Position numbers and translations under genes: made by a program
The notes under the pieces: generated by a model
Databases searched by the model: none
What the model was told of the DNA's origin: nothing
Seen by the model: the letters and a program-made list of their open reading frames with translations, nothing else
Origin: the human T2T-CHM13v2.0 reference genome, Homo sapiens
Strand: one strand, 5' to 3'
NCBI RefSeq assembly: GCF_009914755.1
Contig: NC_060934.1
Length of the DNA: 64,000 nt
Shown here: positions 17,505-37,247 of the stretch, one piece after another
How positions within the stretch are numbered: position 1 is the stretch's first letter
Layout: each line of letters begins with the position of its first letter

Positions 17505-19670
17505 TAGGGCCACCAGATTTAGGAAATAAAAATGTAATTTTTATTTCCAGTTCAATGTGAATAATTTCTAATGGCATATGTATGTATACATTGAGATAAA
17601 AGAAAAATATGATGTGGACATATTTAAAAATTATTCATTGTTCATCTCAAATACATTATAAGTGTTTAAATTATATAACACTTTCTTTAATTTTGTGGCC
17701 TTAATGTTTTGGGTCTCTTTGTTACTTGTTTTATAAAATTCGCTTACAAAATTCTTTGCTGATACAATCTATGTTCCATTTACATTGTAATATACCATCT
17801 ATATATTGTCACATAAAATTAATGGTATTCTTTTGTTTACTCAACATTGATTAATGAGAAAAAATAAGCTAGCACACTGGACATCTATTACCATAAAATC
17901 TACCACTCTGAGAAAGCTCTTCGAGTTAGATATGTTAAAATATATAATGCCATCTTCAATGGCATGACTTGTTTTTCCATTCTTCAGGATTTTAACTCTT
18001 GATCAATGACTTTCTAAAATGTTTTTCACTGACAAAAAGAAAATTATTGTCAATTTTTTCCCCCTTCTTCAACAATAAACATCATGAATTCATTTGTCCC
18101 CATGCTGGAAGAGTATTTACTAACATTCATTTAAAATAATTGAATTGTTCAAGAGATGAAATTCATTTCAAAACAGTCACACTAAATGCTGTAATAATTA
18201 TCCTCTTCAAGTCAAAATTTCTTTTCCTACTCATAACTAGGGAAATTCATAAATAGGATGAATTCTATTCATCCTATTCATTCCTATTCATTACTAGGCA
18301 ATACTGTGCCTAGTAAGAACAATCTTGACACTTAAAGGATGAGTTTTTGTTTTCTTTTTTTTTTATCCATTCAACAAGTTTCTGTTAGCAATGGAGTACT
18401 TCAATAACACTGTTTACTCTTCTTTGATTTGCATAATCTTTTTGCTTGAGAGAAAGTGAAAACAATGAACAAGAAATAAGTAGACTTCATTCAATGAATT
18501 ATTTAAAAAGTCAACAAGAACTTTTTGGGCTACCAGAATTAAACTATGATTTCCATGTTTCAAAATGAACTGAAGATTCTCTCAACTGCTTTTGTTGAAG
18601 AAAACCAACAGATTTTTGAATTCTAGAGAATTAAAGAATACGAAATGATGACAAAATTACAAAAATCCCTCAGTTGTTCACTTTGAACAGCACTAAAGGG
18701 AACATTTTCGTGACAACTACTACAATGTTGGTAGAAAGGGTACAGATGCGGTCTGAGCAACATTAAACAGAATACGGACAAAATAGCTAACACCTTTCAC
18801 AGAATCATTTATGCTTTGCTTTAACTTTGAATAAACATTGTTTGAACGTTTACACCAACATTTGTATTTGTATTATCTCCACCAAAAGCAGTATGATTTT
18901 TTGTCTTCACTCTTAGCTCAGTAAGAGAGTTTTCCACAAAAATTTGCTCTTGTTTCTGAAGTCTTATTTGGAAGAGATTTTACTTGCTAAAGCTTTAAAA
19001 ACCAGCCCTTTTCATGGGAAAAATATTGTACAAGCAATGAAAAAAATTTTTTTTCTGCATTGTGATTACTTGCAATTATGCTCTGTCATCAAAAAAGGTG
19101 AGGTTTAGATTTTTGATAATCTCTGTAATAGTAAATGGAGCCATTTCATTTTTTAATTATTGCAGTAGTCTTCATCCTGGCACTTGAAAATTTGCTTGCA
19201 ATATTGGAATCTGAAAATACTTATGGTAGCAGTATGTTCAAACAGTCATTTGAGCTGAAAGGCTGATGATGATATGCAACGAGAGGAGCCATTTTAACTT
19301 CTGCTGTGATTATTTTATCTTCTTTATTTGAATTTATCTTAATCAAAAAATTTGTTATTTTATCACTTCCTTTGGAAGTAGTTGAGGAAATCATAAATCT
19401 CTTAAGTGTAGCTGTCAGGATATCTTGGCTTGCACTGAATTTCAATTTATGATACTGAATAACAATTGCATGCTGTTCAAAGAGCTATGGAAGGATCTTT
19501 CCTCATTTAATAAATGTCCATTGTTGAAAAAATTCGTCACAAAAGTTATACCTGTGTTTTGGCATTTGAATAGATAATAGCCACCACCCAATAATTGAAA
19601 AGATTGCTATTACCTCTTCTTCAGCCTGTCTGTTACTCTCAAGTCCAAATTTATATTTATTAGTAAACAT
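17505..19670 (-). mobile_element. hAT (Blackjack-type) transposase relic with MER53-like terminus
   Basis: Minus-strand peptides across frameshifts: MPKHRYNF..W.FIK..AL*TACNC (BED-like), VFSDSNIASKFSSARMKTTAII, ASNHNAEK, AFGGDNTNTN, EQLRDFCNF, AVERI. Left end TAGGGCCACCAGATTTAGGAAATAAAAAT resembles MER53. Confidence 0.75.
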
Positions 19671-21149
19671 GGCTTGAATTGTGGAAACAGTTGAGAACTT
19701 ACAAACAAATAATAAATTAGATATCAAATGCAAGACAAAATAAACTTCCTGATTGTCTGCAAGGGAGATCTGTACTTGTTAGACATAATATTCCTGAACA
19801 AAACCAGAGTTGACCTTGTGTAAGTCTTGGGAAGCATGGAGTTTGGGAATTGGTAGATTTTCAGAAGTGGGAGCGTTTAGGTATTGATAGATTTTCACCT
19901 ATGTTAGAGTGGTCCCTGGATTAAAACTGCTGTGGACAGGTTTTCAGAAGCACCAGCCCTGGAGTGAGACGCTTGATGATTGGTTATTGTCTGGCAGTGT
20001 GGACCTGCCTCTGACAGGCTAACTTCCAGAAACAAATTACTGGAGACAGGTTGTCACTGATTGGCTGACTTCAGAGCATGTATACCAATCCAAAGTTATC
20101 TCTAACAGTAGTTATTTGTTCATGACTTGGTACTTTGGCTGCAGAACAGTTTTCCCCTTTCTAGAACGTCAAAAATCAGCATTTTGAATTCTCAGCCTCC
20201 CTCCTCACCCCATTCCCACCAACCTCATTTTTGGTCTTCCCTTAGCCAAACCTGCAGGAGAGACATTGAGCAGGGTTGTCCAGATCTCTATTTGTGGAGG
20301 TATCATTTTCAGCTAGTGTTGCTATATAAGTGGTTTAAGGGCCAAATTCTGTGGCAGAAAAATATCTTTAAGTGCTGAATTCTTATAATTAATTAAAAAT
20401 AAATTTCTGATTACAGGATACTTAGAGTGTCCTGACAAAGTCAACACAGGTTGCAAGACAAAGTCGTCTATAGTATATGTCCTGAATATACAGAATGCTT
20501 GTCAACTTTCAATGTTATCACTGATGGTGCAGAGCAGAAAGGGGCTTTCTGAGAGCTTCTCCACTCCCAGGTTGATCTCTGAGGCAAGCACACACTTGGC
20601 TTCCTGCTCCCCTCAAGCCAGGGTGGGCTGACCAGACCCACAGGCCTGGGAGCCAAGTGTTTTCTCTCTGACTCGAGGGCTTCCACCAGGCAAGCATGAT
20701 ATTTATATATCCACCCTAATTATAGACTACATTCTCTAATATGTTCTCTAGACCTGTGAACTGTTATATTCTGCTGTGCCAACTACTTTTTTTCTTTTCT
20801 CAATGAAGGTTTTAATCCTGTTGTTTCATTTTAAATTCTTCATATTCTTTCTTTATTACATTCAATTTCCTTCCTTCTGCTTGCCTTTCTCAGTTCCTTT
20901 TTCTGGAATCTGCTGATTGCTGATTTACCAGCTAATCTTTATTTATTTTGTTGAGTCCATTTTTGCTGTTTTTTTTTTTAACTGCAAACACAAAATAGAT
21001 ATGAACTAGAACATATTTCTAGGTTAAATCTGTCTAGAAATCACTTTCTTTCATGCTGTATTTTTCTCCTTTGGTGATTATTCCTAGTTTAAATAATCTT
21101 GCCATAAACTTTTGTTGGAAGTTTTCTTTTTCATTAAACAAAGTAAGGT

Positions 21150-21446
21150 GTTTTTGTTTTTGTTTTTGAGACGGAGTCTCGCTCTGTTACCAGGCTGGAG
21201 TGCAGTGGTGCGATCTCGGCTCACTGCAAGCTCTGACTCCCTGGTTTAAGCGATTCTCCTGCCTCAGCCTCCCCAGAAGCTGGGATTATAGGTGCCTGCC
21301 ACCATGCCCAGATAATTTTTGTATTTTTAGTAGAGAGGGGGTTTCAACATATTGGCCAGGATGGTCTCGATCTCTTGACATTGTGATCTGCCCGCCTTGG
21401 TGTCCCAAAGTGCTGGGATTGCAAGCGTGGCCCACTGCTCCTGGCC
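21150..21446 (-). mobile_element. AluSc
   Basis: Sc-type CAGGATGGTCTCGATCTCTTGAC and 1-bp deletion in TGTTACCAGG. Confidence 0.85.
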
Positions 21447-22618
21447 AAAGTTTTTTTTTCAATATATATTTTTTTCGTTGTATTTTCTTTCCCCCATTAT
21501 CAACTAGATATGTTCTAATTTCCTTTTTTTGTGATTCTGAGTCAGTATTCTCAGTGGAGGGAAAAATGAGTTGGGGCTAAACGCAGGTCCCATCTGGAAT
21601 CCTTATCTTGGCACAATTTTTCCTCTGTGTTTGTTGAAGTGGCTGCTAAAGGTGCAGCTTTCTATGTCCAGGCTTTATTGTGTCCTGCCTCCATTTTAGA
21701 GATACTGTATGTTTCTGGCACCAGTCCTCTTTCTAATCATACAGAACCACTTCTCTCCTCTCTTCTTCATAGCAAGGAACTCACACTAAGCCACATGCGG
21801 CATCTTAAGTGCAGGTACCAGAGTCATTGTGGGAGATGCCCACAACCATCAACTCTATTTTTCAGGGTTCTTGATTTTTGGCAATAGAAGTGTATGCCAG
21901 GGGGGTGAGCCATATCTTCTGTGGCCTCCCACATCATGAATATAATTCTCTCCAGTTGGATGGTAACTGCTAATTCTCTATGACACAGTTTCACATTGTT
22001 CTCCAATAAGAAAGTTGTTTATTTAGTTTTTGCTGTAGTTATGGCTCTACTTGTCTTTTACCTAGGAAAATGATCTCTTGAAATTTCTCATGTGTGAGTG
22101 GGATCCTTCTCTCAGTTTACGGGTTTTATCAATTTATCTCATATTTTTTTCTTATTCATCTAAACATGTTAGAGATCAGAGCCAGTTCAGCTTCTGTGTT
22201 CACAGAGTTACCCAATCTAGAAGGTTCTGTTTGGTTTTCCATATTTCTACAAACCTAACTATATGTTTTTTGAAGAATACATAAGGTGTCTTAAATTTTG
22301 GAACTTTCTTTTTTCTTACTTTTGCCATTTCTTGTGTGTATTCTCTCAGTATTTAGCTTAGAATTTTTAAAAGGAAAGGCCTCACATCCCAGAAATGGGT
22401 ATAATTATGTCCCACTCTGTTGTGTGGCTTAGCAGAGACAATATCCCCTACCTCCCGACCAAGGGCGAGAGTAGGAGGTAAGTTAGTCTGCAGCAGGACA
22501 TAAAGCTGGAACCTATCTAGGAGGTGAAGGAAGAGAGGCTATCATAAGTTTGAGAGGTGCTGTCAGGTTTAATTGTATTAATAAACGTATCTGTTTAGCT
22601 TCTTGGTAGAGATTTAGA

Positions 22619-22843
22619 CAAGGCATAGACAAACATTTTCTGTAAAGGGTCAGATAGTAAATTTGTTAAACTCTACAGGCCACATGGTCTCTTTCATAAC
22701 TATTTGACTGTGCTGTTGTTTCCTGAGCGTGGAAGACAGCCATAGACAGGAAGTAAACAATGGGGCTTGGTCATGTTCCAGTGAATCTTTAATTACAAAT
22801 ATACGTAGTGAGCCAGAATGGACCCATGGTTCATTGACTCTTG
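22619..22843 (+). mobile_element. MER58A (hAT-Charlie MITE)
   Basis: CAAACATTTTCTGTAAAGGGTCAGATAGTAAAT...CAGCCATAGACA. Confidence 0.8.
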
Positions 22844-23074
22844 ATTTCAATAGAAATATTTGAATTATAACTATTTAATAACTATTAAAAAACAAATAAT
22901 GTTTGAATATTAACAGGCCTTAGAAAGCAAATATTGAATTTATTACCTACTTACTTTTGGATAAATTAGATTAGTACAATGAAAGCATGGATTATATATA
23001 CATGTGATATGGTATGTGTGGTATGATTGATATATATATGTGTGTGTGTTTGTGTATATATGCATTCAAATATA

Positions 23075-23560
23075 TACCGCAAGTACTGTGCCTGGTATAT
23101 ACTAGGAACTCAATTAGTATTGGTTTTACAAATGTCAGTAAATGACACTAACAATCCATTCTGTTGCTCACATTACTTGGAATTATTATTGACATGTCTT
23201 TCTTGAGTCCCCTTGACACTCAAAATCCTTTATTCTAAGATACATATATTCATAGTGAACTTTAGTTCTACCCCACCCAGTACATTTTCTATCACTGGAG
23301 CTTGCCATCCTCCAGTCTCTTTCAGCCTTTCTCTTGAATCCCACTACCTGGTCCTCAGTCTCTTCACTGTCACTACACCCCTAAACCTCACTGTATATTT
23401 GGCTGCAGAAATTTTCTTAAACTATTGCCATAACATGAAGTACATACTTCGAACTTCTAAGCCTCTTGGACTCCTTGGTATGTCCTTACATCCTTTAACT
23501 TGTATACTTATTGTGCATTGTCTCCCACGCATGAAATGTCATTCTTTCTACTCCCATGCA
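23075..23560 (+). mobile_element. L2 fragments
   Basis: L2 3' end motif GTGCCTGGTATATACTAGGAACTCAATTAGTATT plus pyrimidine-rich L2-like body. Confidence 0.5.
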
Positions 23561-24237
23561 TAAAATGCCAATATTGTGTTTTTGAGGCCCAGAAAATGTC
23601 TTTATAGATAGATCATGGAACCCTCAGATATTTCTCACTTTTGCTATCTCTTCTTTCCCTCTTTTATGATGTTCAGAACTCTCTCCATGGGCTACTTGAG
23701 TCCAGGGACATTATTTAATCATATAGGCTTCCTTTCAGTCTACATTGACAAGGGAGTAAGTTCCACATGGCTCCTTTCTGATTTGCCCAGCCCTCTGGGG
23801 AAGGGTATTTAATGTCTTTACTATCCAATTCCCTTCGTGACGTAACAATTCATACCGTTTATTTCCCCTCACCAGTAGGGAAGACTCCTTAGCTCCAGGC
23901 TTACAGGTGGTACCCTGGCAAGGTCATTCACTACAGAAAGCAAACATTCTATTTGCATAGAGCCACTTGAAGTCCCATGAGATCTGGTCTCTGCAGGATA
24001 GACTCCAATGTTCCCAATTGAGCCTGGGATCTTCACGACTATGACCAAGTCTGAAGAACATCTGCAGAGTCGCTTCTGCCTAGAGTGTGCATTAGAGACA
24101 CATTCTATCGGCTCAGATGCATAAAGTTATTATAGGAGCCATCATACTTTTTCCAGAAAATATAAGAGGTCTCTGGTTCTCTGACATTGTACCAGAGGAA
24201 CTCAATCTGATTACTCATAAAGACCCTTTGAGTTTCT

Positions 24238-28689
<4,452 letters not shown>

Positions 28690-29183
28690 CCCTTTGAGTT
28701 TCTGAATCAAAACATGAATCAAGCTTTAGGGAAGCCACTTTACACTCAGCACAGTTTATTCGCCTGGCTGAACATGTCCGGTGGTATGCATTTGGAAGTC
28801 AAGGCTGGTCCTTTGAAGGGATGCACATGCTCCTCCAAGGGCACAGGGTGACTCCATAAAGGCAGCATCTTGTTCTCTCAGGGGAGCACTGACTGCCTGT
28901 GAGTCCCTGCTCAGGCTCTTCCTTCCCTACATAGACATCTGTGGTAAGGTCTGGATCTACCTGGGCACTCTAGCACATGTCCCCATTGCAGTCCGGACAG
29001 GCCCCCAGTGTTATATTTTAGGGAGTTTCTCAAGCCTCTTTGGAAGAGACATTGTTTACTGCTAGGCTCTTAGAGGTCTAAAGCATGTATGATTGTTCCC
29101 CAGCCTTCTGACTGGTAGTACCATTCAGTGTCAGACCTCTGCTGCACAGTACTTGGCTGTGGTTTCTCCTGATGGATCTGGAA

Positions 29184-29372
29184 AGTGGCTCCAAACAGTT
29201 AGAGTGTGTTAGAATTCCCTGAAGATCCTTTTAACAATGCAGATATGTGAAGTCCAGCTCCAGAGTGTCTGAATCAGTCTGTGGGAGTAGAACCTGGGAA
29301 TCTGCAATCTAACAATTTGTCAGCTGATTCTGAATGAGATGGTACAGAGATCATATATTTAGAAATGTTGAA
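29184..29372. mobile_element. MER5A-like hAT MITE
   Basis: CCAGAGTGTCTGAATCAGTCTGTGGGAGTAGAACCTGGGAATCTGCA. Confidence 0.7.
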
Positions 29373-31781
29373 CAGTGGAATAGACTGAGATTCAGAGGCC
29401 CAAAGGAATAAAAGACTGTGTCTCTGGTGATGGAGAGGCAGGCACAGGTAGAGGTGTTTCGAGATCATTGCTGACTGGGTAAATCCCATCTAACACCCTT
29501 CTGGAATCTTTTAAAGCAAGCAATATTAAGGCAAGATCTGAACAGTTTATTTCCTCCCCATTTGAGGTCTGAAAGAATAGCTGCACCTCAGCCCCAGTAG
29601 GTCAGGGTGACTAGCCCTGGGAGCATCGGCCCTGAACAAAGAAGAGGTTCAGGGAACTAGGAATGAGTTATTTGTTCCTGTTTCAGGGTATGGTTCTTGG
29701 AGGTAGTTGGGACTTCAGAGGGTAGATGTGAGTACTTTAAAACTCAGAAGAGAAGGAGCACAGGGCTAGGCTCGGCTCCATGTGAACTTAGAGAACTTGT
29801 CTTGGAATGCTGTAAGGATGATTTCCTTTGGTTTGGAAATGTAGAATATTTTTTCTCACTAGCAGTCACCCAGTTTGTTTGGCTTGACTGCTCTATTGAT
29901 TGGCAAGTCTTTCTGTATATGGATTATAGATTTAGTTGCCTGAATAAAATACAGAAAGCCATGGTCTAATACAAGCAGGGTATCTGAAGACTATTTTTAT
30001 ACTTGCAGTGGTAGGTAAACAGGCAATCTGATTCAAGGCCTTGGCCAGAAATAGCATGCTGCTACATATCTAGATTGCTCAGTAAACTGCAGTGGGATGA
30101 AGGAGAGGGGGAAGAGCTAAAGTGTAAAGCTCGAGCCCCTTCATGTGAGTTGGGTGAGAAAAAGGGGGCTAGATCCAGTGGAAGTGCTTGGAGGATGCCT
30201 TGTTGGCAAGTGAAGCTGACCATCTGAAAACAGTTCATGTTGAGTATTAGGAAATCTTATTTCAGGAGAATGGAGTGTGCTGGGAAAGAGACCAAACACA
30301 GAGATATGGCTTGAATAACAGCCAGGGAATTGGCACCCAGGAAGTTGCTAATGCTTATATGTGATACATACTGCTGGGGTCCAGTGGGGGATGACAGGGT
30401 TCATTTGTGCAAGACAGGGCACCATGTAGGCACGGTGGGCCAGGCAAGGTGTGGGGAGTGATGTGGAAAAGCAGGAGACTGAGTCCTGCTCTTGAGTTAG
30501 GCTTCATTCTGCAGCCTGGGCAGAAAGATGAAATGATATGAGCGCAATCTTGGGAATCAGACAAAGAACTCGCTCAAGTCATGCCCATTGGTTTTATAAT
30601 TAAATCAATTTCTGTAATGCACATTGCCACTTAACTTTGTGTACCCTCACCCCCTCCAGTTTTAACTGTTCCACCTTCTGCTTGTTCGTAACTCTGTCTT
30701 CCCTAGAGTATTCAAAAGATCCCCTAGAACCTACACTTTGTGTCTTGTTAATCATCTTAAAGTTCATAGCTGCTGAAAACAAAATCTTCCTTGATGTACA
30801 GCCTTACTTAATTTCACTTGCAGCCTCTGTCATGTTGTAGTTCACTAGCTTACTATAAATCTCGTGAAAATTGCTTGTAATCTTTTACCAGCTACTGCTC
30901 CCCATTCATTCGATGCTGACTTGTGGGAGTTTACTCTTCACTCACAGTTTTTAGATGACAGCACATTAAACAGAGTCAATTTAGAGTTCATCTTTTCCCT
31001 CCTTTGCTTCCCTAATGAATAGAAAAGTCATATTTATATGTCTAGAGAGATAACCTGGGATTTGGAATTCTGATATCGAGAGCTGAGAGCGAAAGCATTA
31101 ACAAACCCATGTGTAAATTCTCAGTTCTATTGCAGAACTTTTAGGACAGTTTCTTTCCTGAGAGAATTGAAGGTTATCTTTTGAGAAGCCAACTGAGGGA
31201 AATGATGTTTGGATGATGGCAAGCCTTTTTATTTCTCCCACTGGAGCTCAGTAGTCCATAATTGCAATCTTTCATTGAGAAGTTCAACCTGTGGTTTGAC
31301 ATAGGCTGGTTCATAATCTGCGTAGGTTAGAAGAGAAATAGTGTCTAAGATGAGATGTTTGTTGCTATATGATTCATGATTTTATTCAATTCAGTAGTTT
31401 TACTGAATATCTGCTTTATGCAATAATTTGTTTAGGTATAAGAAATTCAAATATTAGTAAAAGAAAATGTGCTTTGGGTGTGGAACATTTATTGTGGGCC
31501 TCTAACCACCAGGTACTATGCTATATGCCAGTTACAAATATGCCATTTTTTAATGATGAACTTTAAAGGTACTGTTTTTCTGCAAGAAATTGTTTCGTTA
31601 AAGTTAAAAAATTTATACAACTCAATACAGACATCTTAGTGGCAGATAATCTATGACTCAGGATTTTCATAACAGAAAAATATTGCACTTCTGCCCCAGG
31701 CTACATCTGTATATCTATATCTATATTTGTATCCACCTGTCTGTCCACACATATCTCTATCAACAGTCTTGGCAATAATAA

Positions 31782-32184
<403 letters not shown>

Positions 32185-32194
32185 TCAATTATAT

Positions 32195-32600
32195 TTTTTT
32201 ACAACAGTGAAAATGAATGAACCAAAGTGACATGAACCAATATGGATGAATCTCAAAACATCGTATTAAGTAAAAAAAAATACTCTCAACTAGATGAGAT
32301 GCATAGAATGGTTTTATTTATGAGAAGATTTAAATAAGGAAAAATAAACAATGTAATATTTAGGATACTTTCACATATGATAAAACTATATAAATACAAA
32401 ACTGATTAGTTAGCAGAAATTTGGGAAGTATCTACCTTGGTGGAAGAGGGTAGAGGATGCAGCTGGGGAGAGATAGATATTGAGTTTCAAAGGTATTGAC
32501 ATGTTCTAGTAAGTTCAGCTAAGGGCAAATAAAATATTTTGTTATTATGATTAAAGAATATACCTTTTTTGTAGGATGGTATTTTTACAACTGAAAACAC
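32195..32600 (+). mobile_element. L1ME-like 3' end
   Basis: AATATGGATGAATCTCAAAACAT motif typical of old L1 3' ends. Confidence 0.6.
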
Positions 32601-33569
32601 TTAAAAACAGGTAGAACTGTGATTTTTGCTCATCTCTTTCGGACTCGTACTCAAAACTGGCTGGCTATAACAAGCTGATAGTTGTGAAGATGAGGATGGG
32701 GGTGGGGAGAAATCCAGCACTATCATGGAAACTTAGAGCTAGGAGGTGATATTTTTCCCCTTTCAGCCTTTGCTATCTGAGTGACCTTTTCCAGGTCTCT
32801 TAATCTTTGGGCCTCAGTCCCTTTATTATAAATTGATTCTCATTTTCTCCTCTTCTCAGAGAACCTGAGTCCTGGCAATAATTTTTAGTACCTTGCAATG
32901 AGATGATAGTATATTATAACCTCTAAAGTCTAGTTTTAAATATGTGTACAGTATTCTAGAAATATATCCACTAATGTGCTGATTTTTAAAAGCTCCATTC
33001 TAATTGGGTCCATCAACATTTTCTGAAACAATTTAGAGTCTCTGGTGACAATTGCATCTAGATTGAAGCACATACATCTGTCTACAGAATTCTCTTTCTT
33101 CTCTATTTGATGACCAACATTCTTATCAACCTTCCTCATTAACTGAAAACTTTGTTTTGCTTACAATAGTTCTCTCTATCCCAACTTGTACCTTGATTGT
33201 CAGTGGCTACATGGTCTGAAAAGATGAAATACCTAAAAATTTAGATTAAGTTTCTTTGAACCTTGGCTTCCTCAACTCCATCAAAATTTTTCATTGCATT
33301 TTAGCTGGTTTTTTTTTTTTTAGTAGCCTCATCCTGGGGTTTACATTTCTATTTTTTAATCTAATTTACTTAAATACTCTTCACTTTAGCCTCATGGAAA
33401 CCTGCAAGCAATGACTCCACAACTTTCTCACAACTTGTTAAAATCCTCTGGCTTTATTTTGCTGCTGCTTGTTCACCTGGATTCTATGGCTTATTATTAC
33501 AATACACCCTGGGAAATACCTTCCACTCCCTTGCCTCCTTCCACCACTTCATATGTCTGGAAAAACCTA

Positions 33570-33911
33570 CAGTGTTCATTCTCACATGGGGAAATATTCC
33601 AGGCAGAGATAACACTATATACAATGTCCTTGAGTGGAAGTTTCAAACCAGTCAAGCCCCTGATTACACATGGAACCCTCAGCCTGGCCCATACCCTAAC
33701 CACCATAAAACCCCACTAGTTTTCTTTGTTTGTTCCCTCAAGCCATTTTTGGATCAGACTGGGAGAACTGTCCTGCTCTCACCAGAAGCCTTCATTATGT
33801 AAGTAACAAATCTTCTCATACCTTCTTGCTCTGTGTGTGGTGCCATCAGTCTCAACATCCAAACCAAATTTTGAATGGCCTGCATCTGTGGTCACAGAGT
33901 GGACACAGCAA
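33570..33911 (+). mobile_element. ERVL LTR (MER54/MER74/MER88 group)
   Basis: GTGTGTGGTGCCATCAGTCTCAACATCCAAACCAAATTTTG near the 3' end. Confidence 0.5.
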
Positions 33912-34473
33912 ACAGGCTCAGATGGACCTCTGAGGCAGGAACCACAGGATTTGGTATCTTGTGGGCAATAAAGAGGGATTAGATTTTTTTTTTGACCATG
34001 GCAGAATTGTTAAATGTTTGCTTTGATTGTTTAAGGAAAGTTGCCTGTGGAGATGTAAACATGAACACAGCAGTGCAGTTATGAAGTAACTGGCACTGGT
34101 TCAGTCGAGGGACGGTAGTGGCTTGGCTTAAAATGGGAGCCGTATAGGGCACCGTATACATTGAAAGTTTGAGCCAAGAAGATTAGCTGAACCCTGCCAT
34201 GGCAGGGGACACTGAAAGGAACAGATCTCAGGTTAGGGTGAGGATATTCAAGAGTTTTCTTTTGGCAAATTTAATTTGAGATGCCCACTAGACATCCAGA
34301 TAGAGATGCAGAGTATGCAGTAGGATACAGAAGTCTGGAGCTCAGGGTTGGTGGGAAACTTAGATCATGGGCTAAAACCGACAGAAAATTACTTATAAAG
34401 GCCATAACATCTATTTAAAGGCAATTTACACATGAAATTAAGGCCTAATATATGTTAATAACATGCATTAAAT

Positions 34474-34777
34474 TTTTTTTTCTTCCAGCTTTATTGAAGT
34501 ATAATTGACAAAAATTTGTATAATTTTAAGGGGTAAAATGTAATGTTTTGATATACATATACATTGTAAAATAATCACTACAATCAAGCTAAGTAACATA
34601 TTTATTACTTTACCTGGTTACCATTTTGTCTCTGTGGTGAGAACAGTTAAGATCTACTGTCTTAGTAAATTTTAAGTATGCAATAGAGAATTTTAATTAT
34701 AGTCACCATGCTATTCATTAAATTTCCAGAACTTATTAATCCTGTAAAACTGAAACTTTGTGCCCTTTATCCAACAA
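34474..34777 (-). mobile_element. L1MA (MA9/10-like) 3' end
   Basis: CAGCTTTATTGAAGTATAATTGACA...CAATCAAGCTAAGTAACATA. Confidence 0.8.
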
Positions 34778-35427
34778 TTACATTTTTTTGTGAGTTAGTT
34801 CTTAAAACCATGACATTATTGTAAAAGTATGTACTGGCAAAAATTTGAGGTTAAGTTAAAAAGTCTTGGAGACATTCCTTGATACTGATTATGGCTAGCT
34901 TTATTGACATTCTCAGTTATCTTTTATACGTTTGGCTTTTATAAATATCTATATTTAAAGGCTTTAAAATTCATCTCAATGCTAATGCACTTATATTAAA
35001 AGATAAACAGTTGTTCTAGAGCCCATGAAACTAAAGAATTATATGAGAGTTATTTGGAAAAGAAAAACTCAAAACTTCTACTTGTTACTGTTTTGCCTTT
35101 CATTGCTATTGTCAGTTACTTGTATAAAATTCTGTCTAAATTATTACGTGTTCTATGTTTTATGGTCCCTAATATGTCTCCCATTGGAAAGATTAAAGTG
35201 TTTTCTTCTGTTTTACAGATTAATAATGCTGCATTCCTATATTAATAGGAAGTGTCTTCTGTTCCTATATAATAACAACATAACTAAAAGGAATTTGGGC
35301 CAAAAGTAAAAAGAAATTAATACTAGCTTCTCTGAAGTGGATACATTGGCTGATTCTGTAGCTCAAGCAGTGGTCTTTTGCTTTTTGTTTTCTTATTTGA
35401 AACATAGTTTGTTTTTTAATTTTAAAA

Positions 35428-35430
<3 letters not shown>

Positions 35431-35462
<32 letters not shown>
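35431..35462. repeat. (GT)n microsatellite
   Basis: Direct reading. Confidence 0.95.
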
Positions 35463-35465
<3 letters not shown>

Positions 35466-36140
35466 CTGTACCTGTCTATGCTTTGCTTTCCTGACAGGAA
35501 AATATACAAGATCAATATCAAATATAAGAACAAACATTGTGGAAATTCTTTATGTCCAAGCACTTTGATGAGCACTGGTTAAAAGAGTGGTAGCTCTTCT
35601 TCCTATTTTTATTCACAAGTTCTCCATCTTGGGTGAATGAAGGAAGGATGATCCTTCAAAATGGAATACATTGGTTTGCCTCAAATTTTATGTAAATTTA
35701 TTAGGACTGTCCACTAATACGCCTTGTGCCTTATTTGTCAGACTCACAACATAGGGAAACCTGTTCAGACAGCTATTGGAATGTGATCAATCTCTTGGGT
35801 ACTCTTCCAAACTTACCAAAAGATTTCATTAATATTCCAAGCTATAGGGAGATTAATGTGGTAAAGAGACCGTATGCCTCTTTTCTGGATTTCAGGAAGT
35901 GTTGATTATATTGTATTGATAAGGAAAATGTTAAATGTTTTAACTCTTTATTGGAAAGCTTGTATGCATTACAATCAAAGAAAAAAATTGTGTCATAGAT
36001 CAGGCAGTAAAGAAAACTACTCATACATTTTAATGTAAATTAATTATGGCATTGTCCTGATTACCCTCAAAAGTGCAAGCAATTGAAAAAAGAAATAGAA
36101 CTTTAAGGAAAGAAGCAAATATCTATGACTAACAGAATAA

Positions 36141-37224
<1,084 letters not shown>

Positions 37225-37247
37225 AAAGAAAACCCCCATTCTAACTA

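Noticed and set aside
20700-22300. T-rich stretch resembling antisense L1/HAL1
   Set aside because: Too degraded to assign a family or boundaries by eye.
22470-22490. Perfect splice donor GAG|GTAAGT
   Set aside because: Isolated; no supportable acceptor or open exon.
23930-24060. Reading of the gag relic segment as gypsy protease (LGHSRE...MGLKWL)
   Set aside because: The capsid C-terminal reading fits better and keeps motif order before the zinc knuckle.
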